DNA of 64,000 bases from Naegleria gruberi (taxonomy: Eukaryota), in the NCBI GenBank assembly GCA_000004985.1, contig GG738851.1; one strand, given 5' to 3'. Shown in pieces: positions 58,501 to 64,000 of this stretch (positions within the stretch are counted from its first letter, which is position 1; each line of letters starts with the position of its first letter). A program made the position numbers and the translations under genes. Under the pieces are notes generated by a model that was not told the origin of the DNA, made no database searches, and saw nothing but the letters and a program-made list of their open reading frames with translations.

Positions 58501-60591
58501 TTTAGTTTCATTCTCTCAATATATCCCTAAGTTGACTGTTTCAGAAGTTATGGAAGGTTTATATAAGGAGGTTAGAGTTGAAATTGCATTCGAAAATTTG
58601 TCCCTCGATTTGAAAACCAACAATAAGAGAATTTTACATAATTTAAATGGTAAATTCAGAGCTGGTAGATTGACCTGTATTATGGGCCCTAGTGGTAGTG
58701 GTAAGACCACCTTGTTATCAGCTATTAGTGGTAAGGCACCTTATGCCAATGTGGTTGGTGATATCAAGATTAATGGTGTCAAGAGTTCCATGAAGAAATT
58801 CAAAAACGTTTGTGCATTTGTTCAACAAGAAGATTGTATGCATAGAGAGTTGACTGTTGAAGAATGTATTTATTTCTCTGCCAGAACTAGACTGAATGCA
58901 AAAGTGAGTCAAAAAACAATTGATTCCATTGTAGATGGTGTTATTCAAATTTTGGATTTGAATCACGTAAGACACTCAATTATTGGCGATGAAACAAAGA
59001 GAGGTATTTCAGGTGGTCAAAGAAAGAGAGTCAGTATTGCTATGGAATTGGTTGCTTGTCCATATGTTTTATTCCGTAAGTTTCAATTTTATATATAATG
59101 TTAACACTTCTCATAGTTGATGAACCTACTAGCTCCTTGGATGCCTACAGTAGTTTTGAAGTATCGAAAGCAATGAAGGATATTGCCTCTAGTGGTATAA
59201 CAGTAGTGGCAGTGTTGCATCAACCTAGATTTGAGATATTTGAAATGTTTGATGATGTTGTCTTGCTTGGTAATGGAGGTAGAATTGTTTACATGGGACC
59301 TTCTAAGGATGCTCTGAACTATTTCTCTGAGAAACTTCAATTGGAACCTCCTCCATTTGTTAATCCAAGTGATTTCTTCCTGGATGCTATTTACGATCCA
59401 AGTTTCACTTATCAAAATCAATCTAAGAGAACTGGAAAATATGTTAAATCTATGACCTGCCAAGAAATGTTTGATTTGTGGGAAGAAAATTCCAAGCAGA
59501 TTCAGGCCACTCCAATTGAAGCCAATATTTCATATGAATCTCTTAGAAAAGAGGAGAAATCCAGAGGACAAAATCCACTCATTCATTTGTATATGTGTAT
59601 TAGAAGATCATTCATATTGAGAATCAGAGACATTATGGGATTCTTTGTTGATTGTCTGTTAGTTTATATTGCAGGATTGGCACTTGGTATGATTTTCTTA
59701 AAGGATGCCTATGTTGGACCACTTCCTGAAGATATTATAGATACATGTCCTGCTGCTATTAGAAAGATTTGTGAATATCCATTGAATAATCCAATTATCA
59801 ATGTTGCCAGTACAATCCCTCTTGCCTTGGGATTGTGTGCAGGTATGTCTTCACTTGGAACATTTGGTACAAGACAAGAACAAGTAATTTTCAAGAAGGA
59901 ACAAGCTGCTGGATTATCTGTCATGTCCTATTTCTTGTCGAAAATGTTAGAACAAATTCCAAATATTGTTCTGGGTCCAGTTGTGTTCCTTTCCATTTTC
60001 TTCTCACTCTATTCACCACGAGCTACTTTCTGGGAATATTATTTGGTACTTTTGATGATGCACTTTACAACATTTGGATTAGGAACATTGATAAGTGTTT
60101 GTGTCAAGTTGGATTTGATTCAATTGGCCACAGCTGTCTTGATTCTCGTTTCACAACTTGTTGGAGGTAGTAAGCCAACTATTCCACAAATGAAAGAAAT
60201 TATTCCGCCACTCTTTTGGATCAGTTGCGTCTCCTATGTCAGATATGCACAAGAAGCATTATATTTAATGGAAATCAAGTACTATAAGGATATATTCGAT
60301 ATCAGGTCCTCTTTGGAAGTATTTGATTATGATTTGAGTAATATTGATTTCTGTATTGGAATGATCCCAGTTTTTGGTGTTGCCTTTAGAATTTTAACCT
60401 TGATAGCTCTTTATCAGAAGAGTGATGATTCATTGTGGAGCACTCTTTGGATGTATTTTACTTATTATTCAAATGTTGATAATTTGAAACTAACTGCTAA
60501 ATCATTCTTGAAGAAGTTTAAGAGAACTAAGAAAAAGAATGAAAACGAAGAATTATTACTCAGCACCAACGGTGATACAATAGTGCAATAA
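55527..60591 (+). CDS. Atypical ABCG-type half-transporter with ~1100-aa N-terminal extension (signal/anchor, large extracellular domain, Cys-rich 'CPxGYYCP' repeats, TM helix) followed by NBD and 6-TM domain; 3 exons proposed
   Basis: Proposed join(55527..56935,56983..59075,59117..60591). Intron of 41 nt (59076..59116, GTAAGT..CTCATAG) is strongly supported: it fuses '..VACPYVLF' to 'LDEPTSSLD' (Walker B). Intron of 47 nt (56936..56982, GTAGGT..AAAAAAAG) is inferred from frame compatibility only. NBD motifs 'GPSGSGKTTLL' and 'ISGGQRKRVSIA'. ABC2-type TMD follows. Confidence 0.6.
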
Positions 60592-60829
60592 AGTTAAGTA
60601 AAAAAATTCACTTTTAGTTGCAACGAAGCTCTTGGGTAAACCAAATTGTACGCTCAAAAAATCATTTCCGTAATTATCATCGAGTTTTGAAACAACGGTT
60701 GGCTTGCTAGTAAGATTGTTTTAATTATTTTAGAATTTCAATTTATTTAGATATATTCAGCGAATTTGACGTCTTCAAACACCCAAATTCAATTCACTAT
60801 TTACAATTTTTCACATTTTTCAATTAATC

Positions 60830-61765
60830 TTAACGCAATTCAATCAAGCCAGACCTATGCTTATCAGACATGTCGTGATTGTAATCTCTGTGCATACATT
60901 CATCGGCACGTACTACTACCACTACGTCTCTCATAGTTGATTCTGGTTTAAGATTCCAATACTTGATTGCAATCTCTGGAGCTTTACAATTTGGAATATC
61001 ACCCTTATCAATAGCTTCTAAGAATTCAGAATAGGCAGCAACAGCTTCTTCCTCCAAATAACCAACAAGACGATGGCAAAATCTTGGATTCAACAAGTAA
61101 GCCATCGTATAGAAGGAAGTAAAACCAACTTGAGCACCAACAACCAACATTCTTTCCAAAAAGGTTGGCTTTGTCATTTCCATCCATGTCAACAAGTGCA
61201 TTCTTTCATTTTCAGCTTCTTCCATCAGTTCTCCAATATGTCCATGATCTCTTCTCATTAATCTCAATGAGTTGAAATGTCTCCAACCTCCTGCAACTAT
61301 ACCCGGAACAGCAGCAACTGTTTCTAATACAACAGCATGGTGAAGATAACGATTTCCAAAGAATCCATGAACGAAAACTCTTAAAAACTTCATAATACCT
61401 AGAGCCAACTTATCAGTCAAGTCAACTGGTGAATAGGAACGTAAAACTTGATACTTTTCCAATTCTTGAGTGTTGGTGTGTGCATTGTCTCCATATGGAC
61501 GGAATTTAGCTTGTGCCAATGGAGTATGATTAGTTTCATAGTGTTTATAGACCATATCCTTAGTAAACATTGGTTTGTTGGATTCTTCTTGAATGGTAGA
61601 CTTCTTGATGGATTGTTGTTGAGTTTCAAATTGACCAAAAGCTGCAGCAGTAGAGTAGGATCTAGTCATATTGAAACAGTTCATTTGATTCTTGACATTC
61701 AAGCTTTTCAAAATGTTGAGAGAAGTTGAACTGCCACGAGCAACACAATTTCTATTCATCATCAT
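60830..61765 (-). CDS. AOX: alternative oxidase, mitochondrial
   Basis: Di-iron motifs 'LETVAAVPG', 'ERMHL', 'LEEEA', 'RADECMHRDYNH'. Presequence-like N-terminus. Single exon. Confidence 0.85.
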   Translation of the reverse strand: MMMNRNCVARGSSTSLNILKSLNVKNQMNCFNMTRSYSTAAAFGQFETQQQSIKKSTIQEESNKPMFTKDMVYKHYETNHTPLAQAKFRPYGDNAHTNTQELEKYQVLRSYSPVDLTDKLALGIMKFLRVFVHGFFGNRYLHHAVVLETVAAVPGIVAGGWRHFNSLRLMRRDHGHIGELMEEAENERMHLLTWMEMTKPTFLERMLVVGAQVGFTSFYTMAYLLNPRFCHRLVGYLEEEAVAAYSEFLEAIDKGDIPNCKAPEIAIKYWNLKPESTMRDVVVVVRADECMHRDYNHDMSDKHRSGLIELR

Positions 61766-62269
61766 TTTCAAATAGTTAATATTAAATAGTTAATATCAGT
61801 AAGTAGTATGAGTGGACAATTATTGTTATTGTTTTTGTTTTGAATTTCATCTATTGCGTCCATCATCTCTGTATTTATATCAACTGTGAAAGTGTACGTT
61901 GCGTCCGCCAATAAAGTGTTCAACCATTACAAAAAAGGAAATTATACGAAGCGGTTGTTCAAATGGTGAGTTGATATGGAGAATCATGTAGTAACAAGTG
62001 GCTATTTAAACCATGATTCTTTGAAAATGGGCGAGTATGTTACAAAAGATTCTCAAATTGATTGAATTAAATATGATTTTCATTGTAATTGGTTCAATTC
62101 AATCATTTTGAGTGGTGTTTTTCAAATTCATGTTTGAGTATGAGGTGATGGGGAAAAGGAATATTGCAATCAATTAATGAATGGTGGGGAAGGGAAAACT
62201 TTACTCAGTATTATGTGCGCCATATTAATGTTTTAACAATGTGTGTGAACAGTGCATGCGGTTATGTTT

Positions 62270-63742
62270 CTAATAGAGGAGTTGAGATATTTTGGCCTCA
62301 ATTTCTCTGCCAACTCTCGTAAACCATGTTAAAGCAAAAAATGGCTCCAAATCTCTATTCTCAATTCCATTAGAAAAGTCCTCATCTGGATAAATGAATA
62401 ATTCCTCAGCATCTCCTGCATGAACGAAAAAGTCAATCTGGGCACACATTATTAATTTAGAGAAGGGAATCATGGCCTTCTTTTCATCTTGTGTGATTGG
62501 TTCTCCTCTTGCATTTTCATAACTTGTCCTATATGCTTGAGTGAGAGTATCATCAAATACTTCAAATGGTTTGTATTCATCCTCAGGCGTAACAATCTTT
62601 GCAATACACCAAAAGAAGAATCCCTTGATGAAATCCAAAATTTGTGGTCCCCAAAAACTATCATCCCAATCCACCACTCCAGCAATGAATTCCTTGTTTT
62701 CATATTTAGAAAATAGAACATTATTCTCATGAATGTCGGCATGTAAGATTGCTTGAGGAAGAGAATCTTCGAGTCTTTGCTGTTCTTCCTTGCTTATTGT
62801 TGATATCAGACTGTTTGCCTCTTCTACAATTTTAATCAATTCATCCAACAAGGTAATTACTTTAGCGTTGTATCTATTGGCTTTTTCAATGTGTTCTTCC
62901 TTGAATGTACAATTGGTCTTGTCAAATATGACAACTCTAGATTTCATAGCTTGAATAGTATTACTCACACTTTCAAGTGCTTCTGCCAAGTATGAAAAGG
63001 TCAACTTTTTCTCACTGATTTTCATTTCTATCATGTCTTGTGGAGTGACCTTTCTATCAAGAATTGAAAAGCCATTTTCCCTGGTCATCTTGTGTAAGCT
63101 ACCCAAAAACACAGCTAATTGATTGACTTGGTCAATTGTCTTCTTTCCCTTATCAACATGGTAGCCACTCACACAACTAAACATGGCACAAAATCTTCCA
63201 TCAACAAAATCAACAATCACTCTATTCATATCAGGAAATTTGGAATAAGAAGATTGAACAAATTCAACCAGCACACATGTTGGTAAAATAACAAACGGAA
63301 CTGGAAATCTATTTTGACAAAGGAAAAACAGTGTAGACAATTCAAATCCAATGAATTCTTTAGATTTGTCACGATCATTGTAAATTCTGAAAATATAGCA
63401 TACTTTTGGAGTGCTGAAAACAGTTCCATTCTTCAATTTACCACTAAACGAAATTGTTATTTTAACACTATCATTTTCAACTCCTCCTGTCAATTCTTCC
63501 GAATCAACACTACAATCCCATAAGGAATTCTCTTCAAGAATATATTGCGAACAAACAGCATCAGGTTGCAGAAGATGAGGATAATGCTGTTTCAAAATTT
63601 CTAATATAATCTCCGCATTCCATCTTTCATTCAGGGCAGAATCCGATGATGAGTTAATATCCTCCGATTCACTACAACTATTGCCATCAAATATATTATT
63701 TGATGAAAGAGAGGGCACAGGAGTCACGTCGTCGAGGAACAT
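62270..63742 (-). CDS. APH/choline-kinase-like phosphotransferase (protein-kinase-like fold)
   Basis: 'ILHADIHENNVLF' (HxDxxxxN catalytic loop) and 'VVDWDDSFWGP' (DxD metal-binding). Confidence 0.6.
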   Translation of the reverse strand: MFLDDVTPVPSLSSNNIFDGNSCSESEDINSSSDSALNERWNAEIILEILKQHYPHLLQPDAVCSQYILEENSLWDCSVDSEELTGGVENDSVKITISFSGKLKNGTVFSTPKVCYIFRIYNDRDKSKEFIGFELSTLFFLCQNRFPVPFVILPTCVLVEFVQSSYSKFPDMNRVIVDFVDGRFCAMFSCVSGYHVDKGKKTIDQVNQLAVFLGSLHKMTRENGFSILDRKVTPQDMIEMKISEKKLTFSYLAEALESVSNTIQAMKSRVVIFDKTNCTFKEEHIEKANRYNAKVITLLDELIKIVEEANSLISTISKEEQQRLEDSLPQAILHADIHENNVLFSKYENKEFIAGVVDWDDSFWGPQILDFIKGFFFWCIAKIVTPEDEYKPFEVFDDTLTQAYRTSYENARGEPITQDEKKAMIPFSKLIMCAQIDFFVHAGDAEELFIYPDEDFSNGIENRDLEPFFALTWFTRVGREIEAKISQLLY

Positions 63743-63764
63743 TTTTTTTGATTATTTCTAAATA

Positions 63765-64000
63765 TTACCTTCGCTGCTTTTTGGTTGTGTGAAGAAGTTT
63801 GCTCAAGGTTTGTTCGACTTCAGCGTGGATACTTTTGGTTGGTTGTGGTTGGTGATCTGCTCCAGCAAACTTTCTCTTATTTTCATTCTCGATACGTTCC
63901 TTGAGAGCTTGTTCAATCTTGACTTTGGTCTTTTCCAAATATTGAATTGGAATGGGATGATTGGGATCTAGTTGGTGAGCTTTTTGGAAATTATCACTGG
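63765..64000 (-). CDS. 3' end (C-terminal ~78 codons + TAA) of a gene that continues beyond the window edge
   Basis: The frame is open from the window edge to TAA at 63765..63767 ('...IEQALKERIENENKRKFAGADHQPQPTKSIHAEVEQTLSKLLHTTKKQRR*'). Confidence 0.45.
   Translation of the reverse strand, partial: SDNFQKAHQLDPNHPIPIQYLEKTKVKIEQALKERIENENKRKFAGADHQPQPTKSIHAEVEQTLSKLLHTTKKQRR

Overview
This is a 64-kb window of nuclear DNA from an AT-rich eukaryote. It is gene-dense, with about 35 protein-coding genes on both strands plus two dispersed 5S rRNA genes in inverted orientation, a tRNA-Ile(AAT), a tRNA-Pro(TGG) and one DNA transposon. Many genes are interrupted by very short AT-rich GT..AG introns. 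The window shows introns of 38, 38, 38, 40, 41, 41, 41, 43, 43, 44, 47, 47, 47, 50, 54, 60 and 70 nt, plus one of 241 nt, typically GTAAGT/GTATGT at the 5' end and TTTCAG/TTTTAG-like at the 3' end. Exon joins were worked out by hand from reading frames and splice motifs. The ORF track used alternative start codons in places; where so, I give the first in-frame ATG. All coordinates come from hand-counting 10-base blocks and should be read as accurate to within a few bases.

Recognisable products:
- RBM39/CAPER-like splicing factor
- kinesin
- EndoG-like nuclease
- class-IV (SIRT6/7-like) sirtuin
- PHOSPHO1/2-type HAD phosphatase
- branched-chain 2-oxoacid dehydrogenase E2 (DBT)
- pirin
- TLDc-domain protein
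- a large RIF1-like protein with C-terminal SILK/RVxF PP1-docking motifs
- WDR6-like WD40 protein
- Pet127-like protein
- GNAT acetyltransferase
- HxxxD acyltransferase
- two sigma-class GSTs flanking an unknown gene
- alternative oxidase
- APH/choline-kinase-like phosphotransferase
- F-box/LRR protein built on a near-perfect 72-bp tandem repeat
- DUF4116-repeat protein

Two features stand out. One is a 2.1-kb pogo/Tigger(Fot1)-like transposon with 26-bp TIRs, TA target-site duplication, a frameshifted transposase and a Cys-rich CXC-like C-terminal tail. The other is an unusual ABCG half-transporter gene with a predicted ~1100-aa N-terminal extension (extracellular and Cys-rich, then a TM segment) ahead of the NBD-TMD core.

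Codon bias (TTG/AGA/GGT/CCA/GCT), Pet127, a Fot1/pogo element, dispersed 5S genes and tiny introns together suggest an early-diverging fungus or similar protist, but the taxon cannot be fixed from sequence alone. No prokaryote-style defence system or CRISPR array is present.
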